From positions 1 to 64,000 of the IMG/VR virus record IMGVR_UViG_3300005937_000006: 64,000 nt of DNA; one strand, 5' to 3'. How positions within the stretch are numbered: the stretch's first letter is position 1; each line of letters starts with the position of its first letter. Position numbers and translations under genes: made by a program. Under the pieces are notes generated by a model. It made no database searches and was not told where the DNA came from. It saw only the letters and a list, made by a program, of their open reading frames with translations. The DNA is from a virus (Duplodnaviria; Caudoviricetes). This document shows positions 28,904-38,118 of the stretch, in pieces.

Positions 28904-30885
28904 CTGCCAAGCGCTTCCAGGCGAGGCGTCCGGTGCGCTTGCTGGCTGCTGGCGGGACGGCTAACCGGGTGGTTGCCACAACCGATGGTGTCACGCTCAC
29001 GATGCAGCAAGTCGCCAGTAGCATGGTCATGCCAACTGGACGAGCTACCACGCTGAACGTTGCAGCCAACAATGCTACAGCGCTCGTCAAGTCGTTGGCC
29101 GACTACGTCTGTGATGGCGTCGCTGATGAGGTGCAGATCAACGCGGCCTGCGCCTCACTGCCAGCGGCCGGCGGCGCCGTGGTGCTCTCCGAAGGGACGT
29201 TCACACTGGCGTCGCCCATCTATATGGGCTCGGGCGGCAAGCGTACGCTACGCGGCATGGGTATGCAAGCCACGTTGCTTCAGGTTGTCAATAACGGCGG
29301 AAGCAACGTGAACGGCGGCATGATCCAGATGGAAGGAGGCTACTCGGAAGTCTCCGACCTGACGCTCGACGGGAATCGCGCCAATAACGCTGCGCAGACC
29401 CAGATGATTGGCATCTATGTGCCGCCCGTCGCCAATCCGTCGATCCAGCGTTGTCGAGTTGTCAACAGCGCCCACAACGGCATCACGGTGTGGAACGTCG
29501 CAGAGAACGGCGTGATCCGCGATTGCCTCATCGAGAACTCGGAAGGGCTCAGCATCTACCTGTACTGTGCGAGCGGTCAGCCGTTCGTCGTCTCCGGCTG
29601 CACAACCAAGGGCGGCTCGCTGGGCTACTACCTGGATGGCGGTGCAATCGAACTGTCGAACTGCGAGGCACTAAACGCGACCTATCAAGGTTTTGGGATC
29701 TACGCAAACGCCAGTGCATCGCTCAGCCAGTGTAGGGCGCAGTCTTGTGGCGCCGAAGGCTTCTATGTCAACGCCGCCGTGCGTGCACACCTCGCGAGTT
29801 GTCGGGCGGTAAGCTGTGTCAACGCTGGCTTCTACACCGATGGCACCCAGGCGCAGTTCATCGGCTGTGTTGCTACGGACACAAGCGGCAATGGACATGG
29901 CTTCCTGAGCACGACCGGTGCGCTCCAGACCTTCTACAGCGGCTGCGTCTCTGGGCCGGGTAACGTGGGTGATGGCTTCCGACATGCCAATGTAGATGCC
30001 TCGACGTATATTGGCTGCCGCGTTGTGAGCGCTGCGGCGAGTGGATTTCAGGCCACAAACGGGAACATTCACGTTTATGATTGCACCGTTATTGGCGCTG
30101 GCTCCTCTAGCGTACATGGTGTAGCGCTCAATGGTGGGTCGCGTCATGTTATCGAAGGCTCACGCATCGAGAGCATGGGCCAACATGGGATCGTCGTAAG
30201 CTCAGGCGTACTCGAAAGCCAGATCATCAACAACTCGATCTACAACATCAGCCTGCTGACGAACAATGGCTATTGGGGCATCATTGCCGATGCCAACACG
30301 ACCTTTGTGTACGGCAACACCGTACGTGATGGCACCGGCAATAGGCCCTATGGCGGTATAGCAACTGGCGGGAACTCCACGGGGACATACTTCGGCCATA
30401 ACGATGTGTATGGCGCGGGAGTTAGTGCCGAGATACTGGACACAGGCGTGACCTCACGACAGCCAGTCAAGACCCAGCTTGCGTACACCTTTTCGGCTGA
30501 TCTGTTCAACGCCACAGCGGTGACGGCAAACGTGTGGTACAACGCTGGGCCATCACATACCTTCCGAGTTGACTCATCTCGTGACATCATCGATCTTTCA
30601 GCCCAGATCTACATACTGGTAGGCGGCAATAACGCATCTCCGGCCTGGATGATCGCGCGCATGGTGCTCGATGGCTCCATTGTCTATCCATATGGCGCAG
30701 GCATCCAAGAAAATGCGAACGTCTGGCAGAATCCTTTTGCCGGCGGCGCCTCGGTGAAGCTCACCGGGCTGAGCGTCGGTAACCACACCGTCGTGTGGCA
30801 GTTCCAGCCGGCTATCAATGAGCTTGCATATCTGCGTGCAGCCTACGAGCATTACTACGCACAGGTACTGGAGTACGCCCGATGA
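28900..30885 (+). CDS. Tailspike-like right-handed beta-helix protein 3
   Basis: Same architecture: ADYVCDGVADEVQINAAC, SEGTFTL, GNRPYGGI, FRVDS. Confidence 0.85.
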   Translation: MTAKRFQARRPVRLLAAGGTANRVVATTDGVTLTMQQVASSMVMPTGRATTLNVAANNATALVKSLADYVCDGVADEVQINAACASLPAAGGAVVLSEGTFTLASPIYMGSGGKRTLRGMGMQATLLQVVNNGGSNVNGGMIQMEGGYSEVSDLTLDGNRANNAAQTQMIGIYVPPVANPSIQRCRVVNSAHNGITVWNVAENGVIRDCLIENSEGLSIYLYCASGQPFVVSGCTTKGGSLGYYLDGGAIELSNCEALNATYQGFGIYANASASLSQCRAQSCGAEGFYVNAAVRAHLASCRAVSCVNAGFYTDGTQAQFIGCVATDTSGNGHGFLSTTGALQTFYSGCVSGPGNVGDGFRHANVDASTYIGCRVVSAAASGFQATNGNIHVYDCTVIGAGSSSVHGVALNGGSRHVIEGSRIESMGQHGIVVSSGVLESQIINNSIYNISLLTNNGYWGIIADANTTFVYGNTVRDGTGNRPYGGIATGGNSTGTYFGHNDVYGAGVSAEILDTGVTSRQPVKTQLAYTFSADLFNATAVTANVWYNAGPSHTFRVDSSRDIIDLSAQIYILVGGNNASPAWMIARMVLDGSIVYPYGAGIQENANVWQNPFAGGASVKLTGLSVGNHTVVWQFQPAINELAYLRAAYEHYYAQVLEYAR

Positions 30886-31481
30886 CATCGCCGCCAGTTC
30901 CACCGGCGCAGCAGGCGCAAGTACGTATCATCGACCGTCTCGTGCTCGCTGTGGGATTATTTCCTGCGGGCAGCCCCGATCCTGACACCATTGAGATCGT
31001 GGATCTTGACGAAGAAGCATGGGCCGAATTCCAGGCCGCACCACCGGGCGATAAGTACCTTGCTGAAGACGGCACGCTGACGGTCGTCCCGCCGCCGCCG
31101 CCGCCATTGCGCTATGAAGCGACGACGCAAGTCAACGCCACGCTGCGGACGACGAACGACACCCCAACCGAGATCTACCGCTACGCATGTGGACAGAATC
31201 GTACCTACACCGGCGCGCTGATCTTCCAGGCGGTCAACCCGACGAACTGGGCTACCCGTAGCAACGGCATGCGCTACGCCTTCAAACGGGTGACGGCCGG
31301 CGCCGTGCTGATCGGTGAGGCTCCGGTCTTCGCCATTGACGAGTCGGGCTCGGCATCCTGGAACGTCGAGGCCATCGTCAGCGGGAACGACTTCATTGTC
31401 CGCGTGATCGGTGGGCGCACCAATACCGTGGACTGGCTGGTCACCGGCGATATCCAGGTCTACGTGCCGGCGGGATTCTAA
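30882..31481 (+). CDS. Hypothetical tail-associated protein
   Basis: ATGA overlap; poly-Pro linker then beta-rich domain. Confidence 0.6.
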   Translation: MTSPPVPPAQQAQVRIIDRLVLAVGLFPAGSPDPDTIEIVDLDEEAWAEFQAAPPGDKYLAEDGTLTVVPPPPPPLRYEATTQVNATLRTTNDTPTEIYRYACGQNRTYTGALIFQAVNPTNWATRSNGMRYAFKRVTAGAVLIGEAPVFAIDESGSASWNVEAIVSGNDFIVRVIGGRTNTVDWLVTGDIQVYVPAGF

Positions 31482-33659
31482 ATGCTGCTGCTCTTCTGGC
31501 GCGGCCTACCAGCCCTCGTTGCCGCTGAGACGGCAACGGCGACGGCGACTGCCATCCCCGCCGGGCTCCAGGTCAGCGCGAGCTTCGCCGCGCCCACAGC
31601 AGTCGCTACCGCCCAGGCGCTGCCGATCCGCAGCCCGAGCGCGCGCTTTGACGCAGAGGCTGCTACAGCCTCTGGGAGCGCCGTAGCAGGGGCTCTCACC
31701 ACCCGGGTGGATCTTAGTGGTCAGACGGCCCTGGCGAGCGCTACCGCCCCCGGAGCAGCGCTCAGCGCAGGCGCCGTCGTAGGAGCACCGACTGCAACAG
31801 CGACGGTCCGTGCAGAGATCGCCAGCATGGGGGCGATCTCCTACCTCACCGCCCAGACGGCTACTGCCGTCGCCGCCGCGCCCGCCCCCGAGATCGGCAT
31901 CTATGCCACACTCGTCGCCCTGGCGGCAAGCGGCAGCGCCACCGCGATAGTCGCCGTACTACTCGCCGGACAGACGTTCAACGCCCAGCTTGCATTTGCG
32001 ATTGCACAGGCGTTTCCCGTTCAATATGTCATCGGGGGTGTCGGCAGTATCTTGATCCCTGCGCCGCAGCTTAGCGGCGAAGGATTCATACCACTTACTG
32101 GTGCAGGCGATATCGTCATTCCGCCGCCGATCCTGCAAGGGACGGCGTTTTTTGCGCACAACCTTGGCGCCGGCGGTGTGGTCATCCCTCCGCCGATTCT
32201 CAGCGGCGATGGCACCCATACGATTCACGGTAATGGTGCTATCGTTATCCCGCCGCCGATACTCAGCGGCGAGGGCGCCACTCCCGTTGAAGGTGCTGGC
32301 AACATTACCATCGGCGCGCCGCGACTCAGCGGTGCTGGCACCATCGACTATCGCGGCACAGGTGGCGTGGTCATTCTGCCGCCACTGCTATCAGGCTCAG
32401 GCCAGCTTGGCTACACAGGCACAGGCGCTATCGTCATCCCGCCACCGATACTTACTGGCCTGGCGCCGTCTCCAACACTGCCGCCGCCCCCGCCGCCCGT
32501 TCCGTCTGATATCCACATCATCGAATGTTTCGATATCAATGGGGTGCTCCTTGGTCGTATACAGCCGATTCGACGGGCCAAGTTCACGATGGTCGAGAAT
32601 GATATCGGTGACTTCGAGATCGAGCTACCCTGGATCTACGATGATCTGATCAATATTTTGCAGACGAGAAACCGCATCGAATACACCATCAAGGGTATCA
32701 AAGTGTTCGGCGGCTACATCATGAAGCGCGACTTCAAGCAGACGGGCCGCTACTCGATGGTGACGCTCTCGGGGCCAGGGTACAATGGGATCTTGGCGAA
32801 GCGCATCCTGATTCCGCCGGCCACGCAAGAGTTCGATGTCTACACGAATGTCCGTGCCGATGATCTGATGAAACGGATCGTACGTCGCCATCTTGGTGAC
32901 CTTGCGCCTGCCGCCCGACAAGTCCCTGCGTTCACCGTCGATGTGGAGCACAGTGCATCATCGGTCGTTGCTAACTACAATGGCCGCTATGAAACGGTGA
33001 TCGATGCCCTAAAGAGCATCGCGAAGCAAGCCACTGACACGCGCTTCCTAGTGATGAAGGCGCCTAATGGCACGTTGCAGTTCCGTACCTACGTTCCGAT
33101 CATCGGCGTGGAGCATGGTATTGGCACGCCCGATACTGTGCTGTTTGACACGGCGGGCGGCAACGTCCTTGACGTAGAGTATGTCGAAGATGGCACAAGC
33201 CTGAGCAACTACATCATCGGTGGCGGTACCGGCGATGGCGCCTCTCGACTGATCCGGGAGGGATTCAACACGCAGTCCATTGACGATTGGGGTAGGCTGG
33301 AAGAGTTCCTGGATACGAGCGCAAAGACGAGCCCCGAGCTTGATGTGGAGATCCTGAAGAAGCTCGATGAGGTGTCGCGCGCCGGTCCCTCGCTGAGCTT
33401 CACGGTTGGGCGCGCTGGGCGCTATGAATTCCCCGTAGACTTCCAGTTCGGTGATCGAGTCTCTGCCATCTGGAAGGAAGCCGGATTGACGTTGACCGAT
33501 GTGATCAGCGGGATTACCATGACGCTGGAGGAAAATGAAGGCTTCCAGATCGAGATGAGCGTTGGTCAGCCAAATCTCTTCCGTCTTGCGCCAGGGCGTG
33601 CAATCGCACGCTTCATCCGAGCGATGCGCGGAGAGGTTGGGCTCATGCAGCGCCATTAG
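31482..33659 (+). CDS. Siphovirus Gp37/Tal-like baseplate hub protein with N-terminal repeat arrays
   Basis: C-terminal half: NDIGDFEIEL, LAKRILIPP, NYIIGGGTGDGASR, WGRLEEFLD, YEFPVDFQFGDRVS; N-terminal Ala-rich and IPPPILSG repeats. Confidence 0.8.
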   Translation: MLLLFWRGLPALVAAETATATATAIPAGLQVSASFAAPTAVATAQALPIRSPSARFDAEAATASGSAVAGALTTRVDLSGQTALASATAPGAALSAGAVVGAPTATATVRAEIASMGAISYLTAQTATAVAAAPAPEIGIYATLVALAASGSATAIVAVLLAGQTFNAQLAFAIAQAFPVQYVIGGVGSILIPAPQLSGEGFIPLTGAGDIVIPPPILQGTAFFAHNLGAGGVVIPPPILSGDGTHTIHGNGAIVIPPPILSGEGATPVEGAGNITIGAPRLSGAGTIDYRGTGGVVILPPLLSGSGQLGYTGTGAIVIPPPILTGLAPSPTLPPPPPPVPSDIHIIECFDINGVLLGRIQPIRRAKFTMVENDIGDFEIELPWIYDDLINILQTRNRIEYTIKGIKVFGGYIMKRDFKQTGRYSMVTLSGPGYNGILAKRILIPPATQEFDVYTNVRADDLMKRIVRRHLGDLAPAARQVPAFTVDVEHSASSVVANYNGRYETVIDALKSIAKQATDTRFLVMKAPNGTLQFRTYVPIIGVEHGIGTPDTVLFDTAGGNVLDVEYVEDGTSLSNYIIGGGTGDGASRLIREGFNTQSIDDWGRLEEFLDTSAKTSPELDVEILKKLDEVSRAGPSLSFTVGRAGRYEFPVDFQFGDRVSAIWKEAGLTLTDVISGITMTLEENEGFQIEMSVGQPNLFRLAPGRAIARFIRAMRGEVGLMQRH

Positions 33660-33667
33660 GAGAAAGT

Positions 33668-33841
33668 ATGAGCGAGCAGCGTGAAGAGCTTCCGGAATGG
33701 ACCCGGCAGAGAACTCCTGAACGGACACGCGACCGTCACGACGCGCAGACCTCACAGCAGGTACCGGAGCATGCCGAGATTGCTCCTGCTGGAGGAGATA
33801 AACACCATGCAACGCAGGAGGAGGAGACGGATGGCAACTAA
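33668..33841 (+). CDS. Small hydrophilic hypothetical protein (57 aa, not in ORF track)
   Basis: MSEQREELPEW..DGN*; ggagaaagt upstream; overlaps next start. Confidence 0.4.
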   Translation: MSEQREELPEWTRQRTPERTRDRHDAQTSQQVPEHAEIAPAGGDKHHATQEEETDGN

Positions 33842-33992
33842 CGTTGCGCCACGCGCATACTACTTGACACCGAAGTTCTGGGTCTTGCTCTTCGGGATTC
33901 TCCTGATGGTGATCTCGTTCTTCGCAGAGCCGATCCCCAGACTGTTCGATGTTGGTATCACCGTGGCTTGGACATCGCTACTGGTGCCATAG
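33831..33992 (+). CDS. Small membrane protein, possible holin (53 aa)
   Basis: RBS gaggag; two hydrophobic segments; at end of late operon. Confidence 0.5.
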   Translation: MATNVAPRAYYLTPKFWVLLFGILLMVISFFAEPIPRLFDVGITVAWTSLLVP

Positions 33993-33993
33993 G

Positions 33994-34230
33994 ATGCAGA
34001 TCGTGGGCGACTGCGGGCAAGAGATCTGGGTTACCGGGGTGAAAGGCTACATCCGCATGGAGTATCCACACGAGGTGGAGATCAAGGTCACAGATGCCAA
34101 GGGGGAATACACCAAGCATCTGGAGATCCATGATACCGAGCGCGATCCTGAGGTTGTCGCTCGCAAGATCGTCGGCAAGGTTGTGGAGCGGTTCCCCGGC
34201 AAGGTGCGGCCTATCGAGTATGACCTCTAA
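33994..34230 (+). CDS. Hypothetical protein
   Basis: ATG just after previous stop; stop overlaps the convergent MTase stop. Confidence 0.5.
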   Translation: MQIVGDCGQEIWVTGVKGYIRMEYPHEVEIKVTDAKGEYTKHLEIHDTERDPEVVARKIVGKVVERFPGKVRPIEYDL

Positions 34231-34931
34231 AGGCACATAGCTCGTCGCACACCGCGCGCAATAGCACGTCCCATCGGGATCGGCACCGCGTTGCCAATAG
34301 CCCGGAATTTACCGGCTCTCGTGAATGGCATGTCGCGACAGAAGTCGCGCGGCAAGCCCTGAAGCTCGCACGCCTCTTCGATGGAATAGGCATGGCGGCG
34401 TAGCAGGCCGCTGCCTTGCCCACCGAGCACTGCATGTGCGGCAGCGCCGCGCGCAAGCAAGGCAAGATCCAGCGGGAGACGCGCGCCATCTCGCGTGCCA
34501 AACGAGAATCGCCGGGTGCGATGCTGTCTGGCTCCGAAGCCAAGCACATCCCCGAATCGTCGGTTGTTGACGATGACGTTATCCAAGAGGTATCCGGGGA
34601 TGTCCGGCAGGGGCGCTTGTGGGACGTTCTCCATGATGAACCAGGACGGCTGACCCTCGATCACAACCCGCTCGAACTCGGGGATCATGTTGCCGAACTT
34701 CGGCTGGCGTCCGTTCTGGCGCACCATGAATGACAGGACGCTGAACGTCTGGCAGGGCGGGCCACCGATGATGCCGTCGAAACGCCCAGGCGGGATGTGG
34801 AAGCGCGCGACATCGCCGCCCCAGAGCGGATCGGGGCCGCGCACGACACAGAAGCCCTCTAGCTCAAACGCCGTGTCAAGCAAGCCGATGCCAGGGAACA
34901 AGCTGAGCACAACTTGATCGGCTATCGGCAC
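34227..34931 (-). CDS. DNA (cytosine-5) methyltransferase
   Basis: LSLFPGIG (I), GGPPCQTFS (IV), FIMENV (VI), QHRTRRF (VIII), LQGLP (IX), AIGNAV (X). Confidence 0.9.
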   Translation of the reverse strand: MPIADQVVLSLFPGIGLLDTAFELEGFCVVRGPDPLWGGDVARFHIPPGRFDGIIGGPPCQTFSVLSFMVRQNGRQPKFGNMIPEFERVVIEGQPSWFIMENVPQAPLPDIPGYLLDNVIVNNRRFGDVLGFGARQHRTRRFSFGTRDGARLPLDLALLARGAAAHAVLGGQGSGLLRRHAYSIEEACELQGLPRDFCRDMPFTRAGKFRAIGNAVPIPMGRAIARGVRRAMCL

Positions 34932-34998
34932 GAGACTTGCTTTCTGCGCAGCATGAAGACTGCCCTATGGTATCTGATCTGGCTGGCGCTGGGGAGCC

Positions 34999-35433
34999 CT
35001 AAGACGACGGCTTCCTCAGGGCGAGCAAGGCGCCGATCAGCGGCACGATCTCGCAGCCGTCCTGGTGCACAATTTGCTGAGCGAAGTCACCGAATGCGCC
35101 GCAACTCGTACAGGTGAGGACTGCCTCGCCGGTTCTTTCCTTCGTCACGCGATAGAGAAATGCGTCGTGGTCAATGAGTGATTGCGCAGCCACAATTACC
35201 CGCTCATATTCAGGCGAGGGGTTCGCCAAAACGTCCGGGGTCACAACCTCGCAGCATGCAAGGCAGAAAATCAGCGTCTTCTCCGGCAGCTTATCCACAC
35301 CGTAGTATTCGGGTGGCCCGTCTGGCATGGGCCTACCATCGCTGCGCATACCGATGAGGATGCGCCCGATGATGGTCTGCACAAGGATCAGGTCTTCGCC
35401 TTCTTCGCAGAAAGGACAGATCACGAGCGCCAT
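34999..35433 (-). CDS. Hypothetical Zn-binding protein
   Basis: Three CxxC-type motifs; RBS aaggag. Confidence 0.6.
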   Translation of the reverse strand: MALVICPFCEEGEDLILVQTIIGRILIGMRSDGRPMPDGPPEYYGVDKLPEKTLIFCLACCEVVTPDVLANPSPEYERVIVAAQSLIDHDAFLYRVTKERTGEAVLTCTSCGAFGDFAQQIVHQDGCEIVPLIGALLALRKPSS

Positions 35434-35442
35434 GATCGCTCC

Positions 35443-35688
35443 TTAGAACGGGGCTTCTGCCGCAATCGCTTCGAGCGTTAGTTGCCACTCGCCTTCAGTG
35501 CATGGCTTTCGCCGCATCAACACGGCGAACTTCCATTTCGGTTCGTCGCACTTGATGGACGACTTGACGACCTCGAAGCCGACAACCTCTGTCTGCTTTA
35601 CAATGCCCCAGACTTCCGCGACGGTATCGACCATCTGCTCAGGATCGAACGGATCGCTTTCGATGGTGACCGACTCGTGGATCTTCAT
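35443..35688 (-). CDS. Hypothetical protein
   Basis: ATGA overlap. Confidence 0.55.
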   Translation of the reverse strand: MKIHESVTIESDPFDPEQMVDTVAEVWGIVKQTEVVGFEVVKSSIKCDEPKWKFAVLMRRKPCTEGEWQLTLEAIAAEAPF

Positions 35689-36020
35689 ACCTCAAGCGCC
35701 TCATCGAGTCCCTTGATAGCATCTCGCATGCGGGCCTGAGATGCAGGATCGTTCGGGTCAAAGTCCCAGAGGATGATGTCGGCAGCACGTGCGAGCCTAG
35801 ATGGCACAGTCTCTCCTGGCAGCGCGCAGATGATCAGCGGCTTGTCTAGCAGCAGGATCGCGCCTAGCTCAATGGCCTGCTTCGGGCTCGGGGTAGAGCC
35901 TGCGCTATGGGCATCAATGAGCGTCACCGCGATGCGCGATGCGTCGATCTTAGGCACGCCGTTCTTCGCGAAGTCCTCGAAGAATCGCTTCGTTGCTTGG
36001 TCTATTTTCCGGTCCGTCAC
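35685..36020 (-). CDS. Nucleoside 2-deoxyribosyltransferase-like small Rossmann-type protein (tentative)
   Basis: SPKQAIELGAILLLDKPLIICALPG resembles the ELG.A..LDKP motif; GTG start at 36020 overlaps upstream stop. Confidence 0.4.
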   Translation of the reverse strand: MTDRKIDQATKRFFEDFAKNGVPKIDASRIAVTLIDAHSAGSTPSPKQAIELGAILLLDKPLIICALPGETVPSRLARAADIILWDFDPNDPASQARMRDAIKGLDEALEV

Positions 36021-36280
36021 CGCGTGACCTCCAACCAGATGATCCAGAACAACAGGATCACGTTCAGCGTTACTTGTACCCACATGACCGCATACAGGGT
36101 GTGCACGTGGCCGATGCACCAGCGCAGATGCGACTCTGCGTCAGCTTGAGCCCGCTCGTGCGCAGCCCAGGCTGTCATGGTGCTAGAGCTTAGCTCCTGG
36201 TGCAGGATGGTCAGGTTTTCGACCTTCTGGACGAGGGTTCGAGGATCTCTGACAAAGCCGTTCGGCTTGTCCTCACTCAT
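36017..36280 (-). CDS. Hypothetical C-terminally membrane-anchored protein
   Basis: Coiled coil followed by hydrophobic helix. Confidence 0.6.
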   Translation of the reverse strand: MSEDKPNGFVRDPRTLVQKVENLTILHQELSSSTMTAWAAHERAQADAESHLRWCIGHVHTLYAVMWVQVTLNVILLFWIIWLEVTR

Positions 36281-36302
36281 CTATGACGCCTTTCGGAGAC
36301 GC

Positions 36303-36340
36303 AAAAGCCCCCTCGTGCGTGGCGAAACACGAGGGGGCTT
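36303..36340 (-). terminator. Rho-independent terminator
   Basis: 13-bp IR aagccccctcgtg/cacgagggggctt followed by T-run on - strand. Confidence 0.8.
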
Positions 36341-36375
36341 CAAAGCGCACACCGGGGGTACGTGTGCGTCGGGAC

Positions 36376-36696
36376 TTAGGCGTCTACGGCTTCCTGGGTC
36401 TTGCCGTTCCTACGCCGCGAGGGCGGCTTGGGCTGATCGGTCAGCCAGACCAGGATGTCGCCGTTCCGGTTGTTGCCGTACAGGACGTTGATCCCCATCT
36501 CCTTTGCGGCATCGTTGATCCGGAACTTGATGGCACGCTGCGACTCGTCTCCGGGGGTAATGACGAGCACCTGCCCGTTCTTCAGACTCCCCAGTGCCTC
36601 ACGGTAGGGAGCACGATTGAGGTATCCCTGAGGCGGCGTAGCAAGCTCCGCATTACGAGTTGCCTCGTCCATCTCGACAGTAGAAAACTGAACCAC
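36376..36696 (-). CDS. Small putative DNA-binding protein
   Basis: GTG start with ggggag RBS downstream of a consensus promoter; basic C-terminus. Confidence 0.6.
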   Translation of the reverse strand: MVQFSTVEMDEATRNAELATPPQGYLNRAPYREALGSLKNGQVLVITPGDESQRAIKFRINDAAKEMGINVLYGNNRNGDILVWLTDQPKPPSRRRNGKTQEAVDA

Positions 36697-36723
36697 GATG
36701 CTCTCCCCTGTAGTGGTACGTCT

Positions 36724-36752
36724 AATGTACCATGAACTACGACAAATGTCAA
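36724..36752 (-). promoter_or_regulatory. Sigma70-type promoter
   Basis: TTGACA-N17-TACATT with extended TG. Confidence 0.85.
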
Positions 36753-37591
36753 CGGAGATCGAAGATCCTCTGCAAAACAGCTCGCACGTCGTCATACCGT
36801 CGAGCATCGCAGAGCACAATACCCAGGCGCGCGAGCCCTGCGCTCCCGTGGAGATCGTCAATGCCGAGTGACGCGGCAAGCGACTCCAATGTCTCACCCC
36901 CCTTCGCGGGCGCGTCTACGGGGTCGTCATCCAGGAAGTCGGACGGCAGCGACTCTACAGATGTGGAAATTTGCACATGCCGGCGGTCGTTGACATCCTT
37001 TACCGTGAGCTTGCCCGTGTCTTCAAGCTGAAGGGCCAGCCCATACTGATCGGCTTGCGAGAGCTTCCGCGCTTGCTCAGCAGCAGCGACCGAGATCGTG
37101 CCCTCGTCCAGTGCTGCACGCAATGCGGGGTGGAGATCGCGTAGGCGAAGCCGTGCGCGAATTGTCCCGAGGCCCAGGCCCGTTGCCTGGGAGATCTGCT
37201 TGTCGGAGTACCCCAGATCCATGAGGTGCTCGATGTGCTTCAGGTCGGCGGCGGGGTTTTCCTTGCGCAGGGCATGATCGCTCAGGGCTGCGCTCGCAAT
37301 AGACTCCCCTGATTCGATGATCGCAGGGATGTGCTTGAAGCCACATGTGATGGCCGCGAGCAGGCGCCGCCGCCCGGCCACAAGCTGATAGACGCCGCCA
37401 TCGGCGTACATGATCGTGATCGGCGTGCGCACGCCGCGCGCGCGAATGTTCTCCACAAGCTCACGCGACGGCTCCGGCCCGATCTCGTCGTAGAGGATAT
37501 CCCCGATCTCGACCTCTTCGAGGCGAGACTCCAATGGGCCGGCGGGCAAGAGATCGTCTAGCTCGATGACTTCAAAGGTCGGCTGCTCCAT
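36749..37591 (-). CDS. parB: ParB/Spo0J-family protein
   Basis: LVENIRARGVRTPITI..YQLVAGRRRLLAA (ParB N-domain) and HTH GYSDKQISQATGLGLGTIRARLRL. Confidence 0.85.
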   Translation of the reverse strand: MEQPTFEVIELDDLLPAGPLESRLEEVEIGDILYDEIGPEPSRELVENIRARGVRTPITIMYADGGVYQLVAGRRRLLAAITCGFKHIPAIIESGESIASAALSDHALRKENPAADLKHIEHLMDLGYSDKQISQATGLGLGTIRARLRLRDLHPALRAALDEGTISVAAAEQARKLSQADQYGLALQLEDTGKLTVKDVNDRRHVQISTSVESLPSDFLDDDPVDAPAKGGETLESLAASLGIDDLHGSAGLARLGIVLCDARRYDDVRAVLQRIFDLR

Positions 37592-38117
37592 CTGATACTC
37601 CTATGGGGTTCTCGGCAATGACGATGGCTTTCGCCTTATCGAAGTCGAACATGTTGAGCGACATTTCCAGGAAGAGACGCAGGACCGTATCGGCAAGACT
37701 ATCAAGCTCCTCTCTGTGGCTTTGCGTCACACGCTTCGACAGGACGTGCTCCAAGTCGTCGTTGTAGAAAAGCACGCGCAGTTGATCGCGCGATGTCAGG
37801 TCTTTGAGGTCGGCTAACTGCTGCGGGTCTGCCGGGTTGAAGAACGTCTCCATGACGATCGAGGTCTGCTCTTCGATATCCTCAAAGGGCATCCGCACTT
37901 TCATGTAGACGACGAGGACGAGACGTGCGAGCGGACCATACTCCGTCTTGTGCACCTGATACACAACGTAGATCGGCAGACGCCCGCGACAATCCTCAAT
38001 GTCCGCACTCGGCATCTTGACAATCAACACCGCTCCATCGGTGGTGTCTTGTGCCAGCATGGCGTAGGTCTGATCGCGCAGATAGGACGCCAACGGTGGC
38101 GGAAGCTTCACCGGCAT
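37572..38117 (-). CDS. Hypothetical protein
   Basis: Start at ATG 38117 next to upstream stop. Confidence 0.6.
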   Translation of the reverse strand: MPVKLPPPLASYLRDQTYAMLAQDTTDGAVLIVKMPSADIEDCRGRLPIYVVYQVHKTEYGPLARLVLVVYMKVRMPFEDIEEQTSIVMETFFNPADPQQLADLKDLTSRDQLRVLFYNDDLEHVLSKRVTQSHREELDSLADTVLRLFLEMSLNMFDFDKAKAIVIAENPIGVSDGAADL

Positions 38118-38118
38118 A

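Noticed and set aside
21181-30885. Diversity-generating retroelement acting on fibre or spikes
   Set aside because: No reverse transcriptase and no template/variable repeat pair differing at adenines was seen
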